64,000 nucleotides of DNA from Erysipelotrichaceae bacterium (GTDB taxonomy: Bacteria > Bacillota_I > Bacilli_A > RFN20 > CAG-826): positions 14,998-78,997 of the forward strand of contig SVBE01000001.1 of NCBI GenBank assembly GCA_015059065.1. The letters run 5' to 3'. The notes below the pieces were generated by a model. That model searched no databases. It worked only from the letters and a program-made list of their open reading frames with translations, and was not told the origin of the DNA. Shown here piece after piece: positions 1 to 12,436 of the stretch. Position 1 is the first letter of the stretch. The number at the start of each line of letters is the position of its first letter. The translations under genes and the position numbers were made by a program.

Positions 1-2
1 AA

Positions 3-257
3 GATATCGTTAAATATTATTATCACGGAGTCTCTCATTCCTTAGGTTTAGACACTCATGATTCACAAGATAGAAATAAACCATACGAAGTTGGTAATGT
101 CGTTACTGTAGAACCAGGTTTATATTTTGCTAAACACGGTGTCGGTGTCAGAATTGAAGATGACGTTTTGATCACGGGTTCGGTGAACGATGTTCTTTCA
201 CGCGATATTCCAAAAGAAGTGGAAGATATCGAAAAACTCTTCAAAACAAGGGGATAA
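3..257 (+). CDS. Xaa-Pro aminopeptidase / M24 metallopeptidase, C-terminal fragment (5' end upstream of window)
   Basis: Frame is open from the window edge: ...YYYHGVSHSLGLDTHD...VEPGLYF...GVRIEDDVLIT... These are the M24 metal-ligand motifs (HGxxHxLGLxxHD, EPG, RIED). Stop TAA at 255-257. Confidence 0.75.
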   Translation, partial: DIVKYYYHGVSHSLGLDTHDSQDRNKPYEVGNVVTVEPGLYFAKHGVGVRIEDDVLITGSVNDVLSRDIPKEVEDIEKLFKTRG

Positions 258-260
258 TTT

Positions 261-1742
261 ATGGAAAAGTTCATTTTATCAATTGACCAAGGCACAACTT
301 CAACGAGAGCAATTCTCTTTGACCATTATGGACAATGTCTTTGCATTACTCAAAAAGAAGTCAATTGTATTTTCCCAAATCCAGGATGGGTAGAAGTGGA
401 TGCGCAAGAGATTTATCAAAGCGCGATTGATGTGATTAATGAGCTATTTGAAAAAGCGGATATCACTCCTGCGGCGATTGAATGTATCGGTATCACTAAC
501 CAAAGAGAAACAACAGTAATGTGGGATAAAGGAACTGGGCTTCCTGTCTGCAACGCAATCGTCTGGCAATCTCGTCAAACTGCCTCGATTTGTGATGCTC
601 ATGAAAAAGATAAAGATTTGATTAGAGAGAAAACTGGTTTAATCATTAACCCATACTTCTCCGCTAGTAAAATTAGATATTTGTTAGACCATGTTCCTAA
701 CGGCCAAGCCAGAGCGGAAAGAGGCGAACTCATCTGCGGTACAATCGATAGTTGGCTCATTTATAAGCTCACTAACCATGAAGTGCATGCGACTGATGTG
801 AGCAATGCTTCAAGAACAATGCTCTTCAACATCAATACGATGAAATGGGATGATGAATTATGTAAATTATTCCGCGTTCCTCAAAAGATGCTTCCAAAAG
901 TTTATCCATCTTCTTATAAGTATGGGAATTTTGAATATAAGGGAAAGAAAATCCCAATCACTGGTGTTGCTGGTGACCAACAAGCTGCTTTGTTTGGACA
1001 AACTTGTTTTGATAAAGGCGACTGTAAAAACACATATGGCACAGGTTGCTTTATGCTTTTAAATACTGGTAATAAACCAACATTTTCTAAATCTGGTCTT
1101 TTGACTACAGTGGCTTGGCAAATCGGTAAGGAAGTGACTTATGCTTTAGAAGGTTCAATCTTTATCGGTGGTGCGGTCATTCAATGGTTGCGCGATGAGA
1201 TGAAGATGATCCCTGATTCTGCCGCTAGTGAAAAATGTGCTTATCACTCTTTAGATAAAGAAAACAATGTTTACATTGTTCCTGCTTTCGTCGGTTTAGC
1301 GACTCCATACTGGGATAATGAAGCTCGTGGTGCTGTCTTTGGTTTAACTAGAGGCACGACTAGAGATGAATTTGTGAGAGCAGCGATTGAAAGTATTGCC
1401 TATCAGTTTAAGGATGTCTTTGAGGTGATGAAAAAAGAATGTGACGCTCCAATCAAGAGATTGCAAGTCGATGGTGGGGCGACAAAGAATAAATATTTAC
1501 TTCAATTCCAAAGCGATATTTGCGGTATCACTATCAAATTACCAAAATGTTTAGAAACAACAGCTTTAGGTGCTGCCTATTTAGCGGGTTTATGCACCGG
1601 ATATTATTCTTCTATTGAAGAGATTAAATCAATCCATTCTTTCCAAGCGATATATGAACCAAAGATGAAATCATCAGTGGTGAAAAAGAAATATAGTGGT
1701 TGGAAACTTGCAGTGAAGGCGACAAGAGTATTTAAACCATGA
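261..1742 (+). CDS. glpK: glycerol kinase
   Basis: 493 aa. N-terminal ILSIDQGTTSTRAILFD, then GITNQRETTVMWD, GDQQAALFGQ and VDGGATKN: FGGY/GlpK signatures across the full length. Confidence 0.95.
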   Translation: MEKFILSIDQGTTSTRAILFDHYGQCLCITQKEVNCIFPNPGWVEVDAQEIYQSAIDVINELFEKADITPAAIECIGITNQRETTVMWDKGTGLPVCNAIVWQSRQTASICDAHEKDKDLIREKTGLIINPYFSASKIRYLLDHVPNGQARAERGELICGTIDSWLIYKLTNHEVHATDVSNASRTMLFNINTMKWDDELCKLFRVPQKMLPKVYPSSYKYGNFEYKGKKIPITGVAGDQQAALFGQTCFDKGDCKNTYGTGCFMLLNTGNKPTFSKSGLLTTVAWQIGKEVTYALEGSIFIGGAVIQWLRDEMKMIPDSAASEKCAYHSLDKENNVYIVPAFVGLATPYWDNEARGAVFGLTRGTTRDEFVRAAIESIAYQFKDVFEVMKKECDAPIKRLQVDGGATKNKYLLQFQSDICGITIKLPKCLETTALGAAYLAGLCTGYYSSIEEIKSIHSFQAIYEPKMKSSVVKKKYSGWKLAVKATRVFKP

Positions 1743-2863
1743 ACCAAAAATTAGAAGTCTCTATCTTTAATAAAGTTCTCGATATTTTACAAGCTCCTAG
1801 CTATGTAGACCGTGAGTTTTTATATTCTGTTTATGATACATGCATTGATATTATCAATCAATTCAACGAGAATGATGCATTAGCGAGTCTACGTAACATC
1901 AACCAAGTGGAACTTATAAGTTACTGCATTGGTGAATACATTTATACTTTTGGTGGTACAGATGAAAAGCTCAAAGCTCATATCATTGAATTAGAAAACG
2001 AAAATGGGCATATTTCATCAGTAGTGGCAGATAAATTTTTATCTCTTTCATATTTCTCTCATGACGAAGGAGCGTTTACTAATAAATATCTCCCTTCGAT
2101 TTCCTCGCTAAATCTATATTTAAATTTCATTCTCAATATTCTCAACAATTATAAGAAGAATGATCCAGTTTCAACTCTTATCACTGATTTGCTCAATAAA
2201 TCAGTCTCGATTGCTCGTTGTGTTTTATCTCTTCTTGTCGATGGCTACGAAACAGAAGCTTTTGCTTTATGGAGAACGCTTCACGAATGTGAATGCACGT
2301 TAGTTCTTTTAGAAAAATACGGTGAACCAATGATCAATTCGTATTTAAAACATATGCAGTATGCGTTAGCGTATTCTGGTGCAGTTAAAGATAAAAACAC
2401 AGTGGACGCGACATTCGAGAAATTAAAAGGTGAGATGAAGACCCACGATTTAAAGAGCAAAGATATGAAGAAATTCATCGAATATGGATGGTTATATGCA
2501 GTTCCAGGTGTTTCTCAAACTGAGCTAAAACTCAATTTCAGAGATGGATTACAAAAATTAGCGGGATTAGAACATTATAATAAGGTCTACGTGATGAGCA
2601 GTGAAATCATTCATAGCACACCTCTTCTCGTCTATTCCGATAAACAATATTTCTACTATATGACTTTGCTCAATCTCTATGAATCATTCTTTAGGTTGGA
2701 AAGAGTGTTTGTCTCTTTGTTTGCATCAAGAGTAAATCAAGAACAGTTTGACAGCTATAAGAAAATGCAGAGCGTTTATTATTCTCAGCTCATCGCGATT
2801 CATCAAAGAGAAAGTAAAACTTATTTCAATATTATAAAGAGACGAGATCAAACATCTTCGTAA
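1739..2863 (+). CDS. hypothetical helical protein (possibly DUF5677-like), translationally coupled to glpK
   Basis: 374-aa ORF. Its ATG overlaps the glpK TGA (ATGA at 1739-1742). No catalytic motif recognised. The segments LWRTLHECECTLVLLEKYG and SSEIIHSTP are only vaguely familiar. Confidence 0.55.
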   Translation: MNQKLEVSIFNKVLDILQAPSYVDREFLYSVYDTCIDIINQFNENDALASLRNINQVELISYCIGEYIYTFGGTDEKLKAHIIELENENGHISSVVADKFLSLSYFSHDEGAFTNKYLPSISSLNLYLNFILNILNNYKKNDPVSTLITDLLNKSVSIARCVLSLLVDGYETEAFALWRTLHECECTLVLLEKYGEPMINSYLKHMQYALAYSGAVKDKNTVDATFEKLKGEMKTHDLKSKDMKKFIEYGWLYAVPGVSQTELKLNFRDGLQKLAGLEHYNKVYVMSSEIIHSTPLLVYSDKQYFYYMTLLNLYESFFRLERVFVSLFASRVNQEQFDSYKKMQSVYYSQLIAIHQRESKTYFNIIKRRDQTSS

Positions 2864-4470
2864 CATGATCCCCCGATAAACTCTCTTAAGATAGAGTTAA
2901 ATGGGACCCATGTATCCGAGATATCAACAAAGTGCTTCATCATTCTTATCAATCTTTCCGCGATCGGGAAGATTTTATTTTCGCGGTCGATATTCTTTAA
3001 TAACGGCATCGCATATTTCTTCATTAATGGGATTTCATAGAAGAGGGCAGAGTTGAATTTAAAATCAGCGTCTTCTTGAGTTTTATAGAGCCATTTGAAT
3101 TCTCCTCTTCTAATACTTTCCCACATCGTAATAGTGGTTTCCGCGGATGTATCACGCTTATGATGATCGCGGACTATTCTTCTTAATAGACGTAAATCAG
3201 TAAGCGATAATGGGTTATGGTTATCAAGGGAAATTTGAGAGTCTGGTTCGATGAAAATTTTGAACTTATTTTCACGAGGAATGTCCTTTGTAACTTCTTC
3301 GTTTAAAGCGTGAATTCCTTCAACGATAATAGGTTGATTTGGTTTGATCTTTTCCTTGCGCGTAAATTCCTTTTCTCGCTTTGAAAAATTGAAGACTGGA
3401 AGAAGAACTTCTTTACCTTCGAATAATTCAATAACGCATTTGTTGAAGAGTTCGATATCGATGGCTTCAACGCTTTCAATATCCACCCCATTATCGATGT
3501 TATGGTCTTTGAAGAAGTCATCAAGAGATAGTCTAAGTGGATGAATCCCTCTTGATAATAATTCGATTCTTAATCTATTCGCGAATGTTGTTTTACCGCT
3601 TGAAGAAGGTCCAGCAATACAGATCATTTTAATACGAGTTTTATCCTTATTGATGCGATAACCTAAATCGCTTAATTGACGAGAATGATTGGCTTCTGCA
3701 AGGGAAATCACATCTAATTCTCCATCGTTTAGGATTCTTTTATTGATTCCGACAACGGTATTGCATCCGATTAAACGGGCTTGTTCATATGCATGAGCGA
3801 GACACTGTCTATACGCTGGTGAGTCTTCAAAATTTGGAATCTGTCCGTTGAAATCTGGACGTGGATATTGAATGATGATGCCTTTACCGTATTTTAGAAG
3901 CTTATAATCTGAAATATAGCCAGTTGATGGGACCATGCGGTAATACATGTAGTTGTAATAGCCATCGCAGAAATAGAGGTGGCATCTTTTTTCAGGACGA
4001 TAACGATATAATTCAATCTTGTCATAATCCTTTGATTCACGGAGCAATCTTACCGCATTATTTTTCGACATTTTCTTTCTTTCTAATGGGTAGTCCGCTT
4101 TGATAATTTTCTTCATTTCTGCATCTAAATTTTTGATGATTTCGTCAAGGTCGATTTCGTTGGCGAAAATATGCATATAGAAGGTGCGGGAAATACTATA
4201 GAGGAATTTGATTCTTAAGTCGGGATAGATTCTTTTCATCGCCATCGCGACAAGATAACGAAGCGAGGCTTCATAGATACCTCTAGCTTCACGGTCAACA
4301 GTCGTAAGTGCGGTAATTGAACAATCCTTATTGACGAGATATGTGAGCTCTTTCACACAGTTATCAACAAGAGCGGCTTTAATCTTTTTATCGTGTCCTA
4401 CGATGTCTAAAACAGTGACCGGTTCGTCAAAGTAAAAAGTGTTATTTTGATATGTAACTTTGAATTCCAT
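2848..4470 (-). CDS. udk: uridine kinase-family protein fused to an N-terminal ThrRS-like TGS/second-additional domain
   Basis: 540 aa. The N-terminal ~270 aa resemble the ThrRS N-terminus (EASLRYLVAMAMKRIYP). The C-terminal half has the P-loop IAGPSSSGKTTFANRL and a PRK/uridine kinase-like tail. Confidence 0.8.
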   Translation of the reverse strand: MEFKVTYQNNTFYFDEPVTVLDIVGHDKKIKAALVDNCVKELTYLVNKDCSITALTTVDREARGIYEASLRYLVAMAMKRIYPDLRIKFLYSISRTFYMHIFANEIDLDEIIKNLDAEMKKIIKADYPLERKKMSKNNAVRLLRESKDYDKIELYRYRPEKRCHLYFCDGYYNYMYYRMVPSTGYISDYKLLKYGKGIIIQYPRPDFNGQIPNFEDSPAYRQCLAHAYEQARLIGCNTVVGINKRILNDGELDVISLAEANHSRQLSDLGYRINKDKTRIKMICIAGPSSSGKTTFANRLRIELLSRGIHPLRLSLDDFFKDHNIDNGVDIESVEAIDIELFNKCVIELFEGKEVLLPVFNFSKREKEFTRKEKIKPNQPIIVEGIHALNEEVTKDIPRENKFKIFIEPDSQISLDNHNPLSLTDLRLLRRIVRDHHKRDTSAETTITMWESIRRGEFKWLYKTQEDADFKFNSALFYEIPLMKKYAMPLLKNIDRENKIFPIAERLIRMMKHFVDISDTWVPFNSILREFIGGSCYEDV

Positions 4471-4572
4471 ATATAGATACCTCTAGCTATATTATACAAT
4501 TTGCATTTATTGTGTTGAATAAAAATTAAATATTAATTAATATATTTAACGGGACTAAAGGAGAATTATTAT

Positions 4573-5775
4573 ATGAAAAACATGGTCTATATACAATCAG
4601 GAGGACCGACTTCCGTCATCAATTCCTCACTTTATGGGGCGATTAGAGAAGCACAGAAACATCACGATGTTATCGGTCATATCTATGGCTCAATCCATGG
4701 TGTTGAAGGTTTAATCTATGATGATTTAATCGATATCGAACAAGAAGATGACGAACAAATCGAATTATTATTACAAACACCAGGTAGTATTTTAGGAACC
4801 ACTCGTCGTAAGCTTCCAAAGGATATTCACGATGAAGTGTATATGAAAATTATTTCTAATTTAAAGAAACACAATATCGGTTATGTCTTTGTCAATGGTG
4901 GCAACGACACGATGGATACTTGCTATAAATTATCTTTACTCGCGAAAGAATTAAATCTTGATATCAAAGTCTTAGGTGTTCCAAAGACTATCGATAACGA
5001 CTTAGCTTGTACTGATCACTCACTTGGTTATCCAAGTGCGGCGAAATACGTTATCAATACCATTAACGAATTCGCGAAAGACGCTCAATGCTTCAAAGTC
5101 GGTAAGATTCACGTCGTGGAAATCATGGGTAGAAATGCTGGTTGGTTAACTGCCGCACCAGATTTATTACCAGAAGATACTCGTCCAGATTTATTCTATT
5201 TCCCAGAATTTGATTTCAATACTCAAGAATTCTTAAAAGATGTCCAAGAATTACATGACCGTAAAGGATATGGCATTATCGCTATCTCTGAAGGTCTAAA
5301 TATTAAAAGAGATACAACTAACGCTCGTGTCGATGGCTTCGGTCACGCTCAATTAGGTGGTGCTGCCACATTCTTATGCGACCTCATCGAAACAAATTTA
5401 AATCTTCCAACAAGAGCGATTGAATTCTCTTTATTACAAAGAGCCTGCCCAATGTTTATATCCCAAGTCGACAGAGATGAAGCGATTAAGACTGGTCAAT
5501 TAGCGGTCAAAGCAGCTCTTGAAGGCCATACTGGCGAAATGATCATCTTCAAGAGAAAGAGCGATGAGCCATATCAAATCGACTTCGATCTCTATGATTT
5601 AAGCCATATCGCCAATGCTGAAAGCAAAATCCCAGCTTCTATGTTCTTAGATAAGACTAGAATGTCTGATGAATTTAGAAAATATTTAAGACCATTAGTG
5701 CAAGGTGAAGTGAACCTTATCTATGAAAATGGAATTGCTAAAGTTTCTAACTTTAAAAAAGTCCATGTCGATTGA
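4573..5775 (+). CDS. pfp: 6-phosphofructokinase, PPi-dependent-type signature
   Basis: 400 aa. GGNDTMDT has Asp where ATP-PFK has the GGDGS Gly; VPKTIDNDL has Lys where ATP-PFK has the PGTIDND Gly; MGRNAGWL is present. Good SD AAAGGAG upstream. Confidence 0.85.
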   Translation: MKNMVYIQSGGPTSVINSSLYGAIREAQKHHDVIGHIYGSIHGVEGLIYDDLIDIEQEDDEQIELLLQTPGSILGTTRRKLPKDIHDEVYMKIISNLKKHNIGYVFVNGGNDTMDTCYKLSLLAKELNLDIKVLGVPKTIDNDLACTDHSLGYPSAAKYVINTINEFAKDAQCFKVGKIHVVEIMGRNAGWLTAAPDLLPEDTRPDLFYFPEFDFNTQEFLKDVQELHDRKGYGIIAISEGLNIKRDTTNARVDGFGHAQLGGAATFLCDLIETNLNLPTRAIEFSLLQRACPMFISQVDRDEAIKTGQLAVKAALEGHTGEMIIFKRKSDEPYQIDFDLYDLSHIANAESKIPASMFLDKTRMSDEFRKYLRPLVQGEVNLIYENGIAKVSNFKKVHVD

Positions 5776-6152
5776 TGATAACTTCTTTTAATAAATTAAA
5801 TGTTTATTATAAAACCGCTCTCCTCTCCTTATTTGTGGGAGTGGTTTTAACACTTGCATTGATGTTTTTATTCTTCATCGGGCAAAGTGAAATTATTTTA
5901 GGGTTAATACTTGGACTATTATTTGGTACAATCATTTATATGATTAACGGAATAATTGAACAACATCAAGGATACCGTTTATCAGTGGCCTTTATATTTA
6001 CCAGATTGATTCTCTTAATCGGTTTTATGGTTGGTATGGCCCTACTTTATTATAAAGGTAATGTTCACGTATTTAATGTGATTGCGATTGCAGGTGGATA
6101 TTTTATATCTGAGGTACTATTTATAGTTTTACATCTAAGGGAGAGAAAATGA
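5775..6152 (+). CDS. atpI: small 4-TM membrane protein, AtpI-like, first gene of the atp operon
   Basis: ~125 aa and very hydrophobic, immediately upstream of and overlapping atpB (ATGA). Start is ambiguous (TTG 5772 or ATG 5775). Confidence 0.5.
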   Translation: MITSFNKLNVYYKTALLSLFVGVVLTLALMFLFFIGQSEIILGLILGLLFGTIIYMINGIIEQHQGYRLSVAFIFTRLILLIGFMVGMALLYYKGNVHVFNVIAIAGGYFISEVLFIVLHLRERK

Positions 6153-6907
6153 TTTACGCAGGGATTTTTGATGGATTCACTGATATCTCTTCTGGCTTAG
6201 CTCCAGAAGTCATTTCCTCGTTGATCGTCGTCGGCATCATCATCATTTTATGCATCATCATTGCCATAATGGCGCATTTTGCTGATCCGCTTAAAAAACC
6301 AAAAGGTCTTTTGTTCATCGCAGAGACGGGTGTTAATTTCTTCGATAGACTCGTCGGAGAGATGATGGGCATTCATTTCAAAGGTTTTGGTGGTTTTGTG
6401 ATGGCAATTGCTGTTTATTTATTCATCTCTTTTATCTTTGGATTAACGGGCTTACCATCCCCGGTCACTAATTTGTCGGTACCGTTATCATTAGCCCTCA
6501 TCACCTTTATTCTCATCCATGCGACAAGCGTGAAATATACGAAATGGAGATATTTCAAACGTTATGTCGACCCTTTTCCAGTGATGCTACCAATCAACCT
6601 CATCTCGATGTGGGCTCCATTATTATCGATGACCCTTCGTTTATTTGGTAATGCATTAGCGGGTTGGACTTTGATGAGCATTATCTATTGGGCCCTTGGC
6701 AATTTGTCCTCGATGATATTCTCTTTTATGAATAGTCCGTGGAATCAAGTGTTTATCGCTCCACTCATCACCCCAGTATTACACGTTTATTTTGATTTAT
6801 TTTCTGGCCTTATCCAGACGGTGATATTCCTCTTCTTAACGATGATCAATATCTCTAACGAAGTGCCAGATGAAATAGATGATTTAGCAAAGGAAGGAGG
6901 TAAATAA
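6149..6907 (+). CDS. atpB: F0F1 ATP synthase subunit a
   Basis: 252 aa, polytopic, with the essential-Arg motif LRLFGNALAG. Confidence 0.9.
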   Translation: MIYAGIFDGFTDISSGLAPEVISSLIVVGIIIILCIIIAIMAHFADPLKKPKGLLFIAETGVNFFDRLVGEMMGIHFKGFGGFVMAIAVYLFISFIFGLTGLPSPVTNLSVPLSLALITFILIHATSVKYTKWRYFKRYVDPFPVMLPINLISMWAPLLSMTLRLFGNALAGWTLMSIIYWALGNLSSMIFSFMNSPWNQVFIAPLITPVLHVYFDLFSGLIQTVIFLFLTMINISNEVPDEIDDLAKEGGK

Positions 6908-6908
6908 T

Positions 6909-7142
6909 ATGTACGCTTTAGCTGCTGCGATTGCAATGGTCTCTGTTGGTTGTTCCGCTATCGGTGAAGGTCTTGTCTGTTGCAAGTCCATCGAAGGTAT
7001 GTCTAGAAACCCAGAAATGTTTGGCAAATTACGTAGTAACATGATTCTCGCTTGTGCGTTAGTCGAAACTACAGCCATTTACGCATTATTAATTGCAATC
7101 TTATGTTTATTCGTCGCGCCAAGTATGGCACCCGCTGCTTAA
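6909..7142 (+). CDS. atpE: F0F1 ATP synthase subunit c (Na+-type two-carboxylate ion site signature)
   Basis: 77-aa hairpin protein with loop RNPE. Ion-site residues are E20 (GEG), E53-T54-T55 and Y58 (LVETTAIY). Strong SD GGAGG. Confidence 0.9.
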   Translation: MYALAAAIAMVSVGCSAIGEGLVCCKSIEGMSRNPEMFGKLRSNMILACALVETTAIYALLIAILCLFVAPSMAPAA

Positions 7143-7160
7143 TAAGAAGGGAGGTAATTT

Positions 7161-7697
7161 ATGATTTACGAAGATACAGGCATCACATTGCCTACCAGTG
7201 ATGATTTCGTCTCTAAGTTGATTCCAAACTGGATATCTTTTGTTGCACAGTTAGCCGCCCTTCTCGTTTTGATTGCGGTCGTCATTTTCTTCGCTTATAA
7301 ACCAGTGAAGAAGATTATTACCCAAAGACAAGAATATATTGAAAACAATATCAAACAGTCCGAGGCTGATAAGTTAATTGCCGCTCAAAATGCTAAGCAA
7401 TCTGAAGAAATGGTGATTGCTAGCCAAAAGAAGGCTGACCAATTAGTGGAAGATGCGCGTAAAGCATCTTTAGATGAAAGAAATCGCATGGTCGATGAAA
7501 CAAATCAATTAATTGCCAAAATGAAAGATGATGCTCAAAAGGATATTGAGCAAGCAACCCTTGATGCGAAGGACGCTATTAGAAAAGAAATGATTGACCT
7601 CGCTCTTTCAGCTTCTTCTGAAATCTTAAAAAGAGAAGTTAACGAGAAAGATAATGCGAGAATTGCAGAGGATTTTATCAGGAGTATTGAAGATTAA
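7161..7697 (+). CDS. atpF: F0F1 ATP synthase subunit b
   Basis: 178 aa with a single N-terminal TM followed by a long charged helix. Operon position fits. Confidence 0.85.
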   Translation: MIYEDTGITLPTSDDFVSKLIPNWISFVAQLAALLVLIAVVIFFAYKPVKKIITQRQEYIENNIKQSEADKLIAAQNAKQSEEMVIASQKKADQLVEDARKASLDERNRMVDETNQLIAKMKDDAQKDIEQATLDAKDAIRKEMIDLALSASSEILKREVNEKDNARIAEDFIRSIED

Positions 7698-8233
7698 TGA
7701 ACGAAATTTCTTCTCGATACGCTAAGGCTTTATATTCCCTCTCTTTAGAGAAAGATAATCTTCTTGAAAGAGAAGACCAAGCCAAACAGTTACTCGATAT
7801 CTTAAATGATAACGAGGATTTCCTTTTGCTTTTATCTAATGAATTCCTAACCATTGGGGAAAGACAAGATATCGCTAAACAAGTATTGAAAGGTGTTGAT
7901 GATGACATTTTAGCGTTGGTTAATATTGTCATTGCTAATCACCGCACAAGGTATTTGAAGGAGATATTCCAAGCGTTCATCAGTGACGCTAATAGCTATC
8001 GAGGAGTTAAAGAAGGTCTACTTTATTCTTCCATTCCGCTTGATAAAAAGACGATTAGTCGTATGGAACAAGCGATCAGCAAGAAAGAAGGATGCAAAAT
8101 CTATCTCAAGCTGATTATTGACCAAACCCTTATTGGTGGGGTTCGTATATTGATCAACGATCATATCTACGATTCATCAATCGTTTCACAAATCGAAAGA
8201 ATGAAACGTAAATTATTAAGAAATGAGGGCTAA
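7697..8233 (+). CDS. atpH: F0F1 ATP synthase subunit delta
   Basis: 178 aa. OSCP-like N-terminus (RYAKALYSLS). Sits between atpF and atpA. Confidence 0.85.
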   Translation: MNEISSRYAKALYSLSLEKDNLLEREDQAKQLLDILNDNEDFLLLLSNEFLTIGERQDIAKQVLKGVDDDILALVNIVIANHRTRYLKEIFQAFISDANSYRGVKEGLLYSSIPLDKKTISRMEQAISKKEGCKIYLKLIIDQTLIGGVRILINDHIYDSSIVSQIERMKRKLLRNEG

Positions 8234-8236
8234 ATT

Positions 8237-9759
8237 ATGAAAATTAACGCCAATGAGATATCTTCTTTAATTAAAGAACAAATCAAATCTTATAAAACTA
8301 AGATTGATAGCAGCGATGTTGGTACCGTCATCTCTTTAGGAGATGGAATCGCTTTAGTCTATGGTTTAGATAACGCGATGAACAACGAGCTTTTGATGTT
8401 CCCACACGATGTCTATGGACTAGTGATGAACTTAGAAAGAGACCATGTCGGTGTTGTCTTATTAGGTAACGACTCTTTAATTAAAGAAGGTGACGAAGTT
8501 AAAAGAACGAAACGCGTCATGGAGGTGCCCGTTGGTGAACAGATGCTCGGTAGAGTGGTCAATTCATTAGGTCAACCGATTGACGGATTAGCCCCAATTG
8601 ATTCCAAGTTTAGAAGACCGATTGAAATTATCGCTCCGGGGGTCATGAAACGTAAAAGCGTGGATACACCTCTTGAGACTGGTATTACAATGATCGATGC
8701 CATTACCCCGATTGGTAGAGGGCAAAGAGAACTCATCATCGGTGATAGACAAACTGGTAAAACAGCGATTGCGATTGATGCGATTATCAATCAAAAAGGC
8801 AAAGATGTGCTCTGTATATATGTTGCTATTGGACAAAAGAATTCATCAGTTGCCCAAATCGTCGATAAATTAAAAGCTCATGGAGCGATGGATTATACTA
8901 TCGTGGTGGCGGCGACAGCTAGTGAGCCAGCCCCAATGCTTTATATCGCCCCATATACTGGAGTGGCGATGGCCGAATATTTCATGAACCAAGGCAAAGA
9001 TGTCTTGATTGTTTATGATGATTTAAGTAAACACGCGGTCAGCTATCGTGCTTTATCATTATTATTAAAACGCTCTCCAGGAAGAGAAGCTTATCCAGGT
9101 GATGTCTTCTATCTCCATAGCCGTTTATTAGAAAGAGCGTGCAAACTCAACGATGAAAATGGTGGTGGTTCAATCACTGCATTACCAATTGTTGAAACAC
9201 AAGCTGGCGATATTTCCGCTTATATTCCAACTAATGTTATCTCCATCACAGATGGACAGATTTTCTTAGTGACGGATTTATTCAACGCTGGTCAAAGACC
9301 AGCCATCGACGCTGGTTTATCCGTTTCTCGTGTTGGTGGAGCGGCCCAAACAAAAGCGATGAAGCAAGTCGCTAGTTCTTTAAAGATCGATTTAGCGAAC
9401 TTCAATGAAATGAAATCATTCGCCCAGTTTGGTAGTGACTTAGATGCTTCTACACAAAAGATTCTTAACCATGGTGAAGTTTTGCTTCAAGTGCTCAGAC
9501 AAGGACAATACGCTCCTTATGAGATGGAAAGAGAGATCTTTGAATTATTCGCGGCTAAATTTGGATTTTTAGACAATGTGAAATTAGATAAAGTCAAAGA
9601 ATCATTAGCGAAATGCTATGAATATGTCAAAAACAAAGATGATGCGATTTTCTACGATATCAGAAAAGATAAGGTCATCTCTAAAGAAAATGATGAAAAA
9701 TTGAAGAAGCTTATTGAAGAGTTCTTCAAAGTATATGCGAAAGATTATTTAAGAGAATA

Positions 9760-9760
<1 letters not shown>
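8237..9760 (+). CDS. atpA: F0F1 ATP synthase subunit alpha
   Basis: 507 aa. [14 protein letters not shown]-loop, [20 protein letters not shown]. Confidence 0.97.
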
Positions 9761-12019
<2,259 letters not shown>

Positions 12020-12020
<1 letters not shown>

Positions 12021-12418
12021 TGAATACATTTCATCTCGACATATTGACCCCATATAAAAAATATATGAGCAAAGATATCACCTTTATGCAGATTCGTAAT
12101 GATGATGCTGTTTTAGGTATTCTTCCTCATCACGCGCCTCTTATTACCACTGTAAAGATATGTGATATGAGCATTAGGGATGAAGAAGGAAAAGAAATAC
12201 TATTTGCTGTTGGTGGGGGATTATTATCCATTAAAGACAATGTTGCGACTTTGATGGTTAATTCAATTGAAAGTCAAGATGAAATCGATTTCCCACGCGC
12301 TGAACGAGCAAAACAACGCGCGATGGCGAGATTAGAAGAAAAATTAGAAAATTTAGATGTTGAAAGAGCCCAACTTGCTCTTTTAAGAGCAACTGTACGT
12401 ATCAATCTCAAAAAATAA
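12020..12418 (+). CDS. atpC: F0F1 ATP synthase subunit epsilon
   Basis: 132 aa. TAATG overlap with atpD. Beta-sandwich followed by a helical tail (AERAKQRAMARLEE). Confidence 0.9.
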
Positions 12419-12436
12419 TAATAGGAGGGTAGATTA

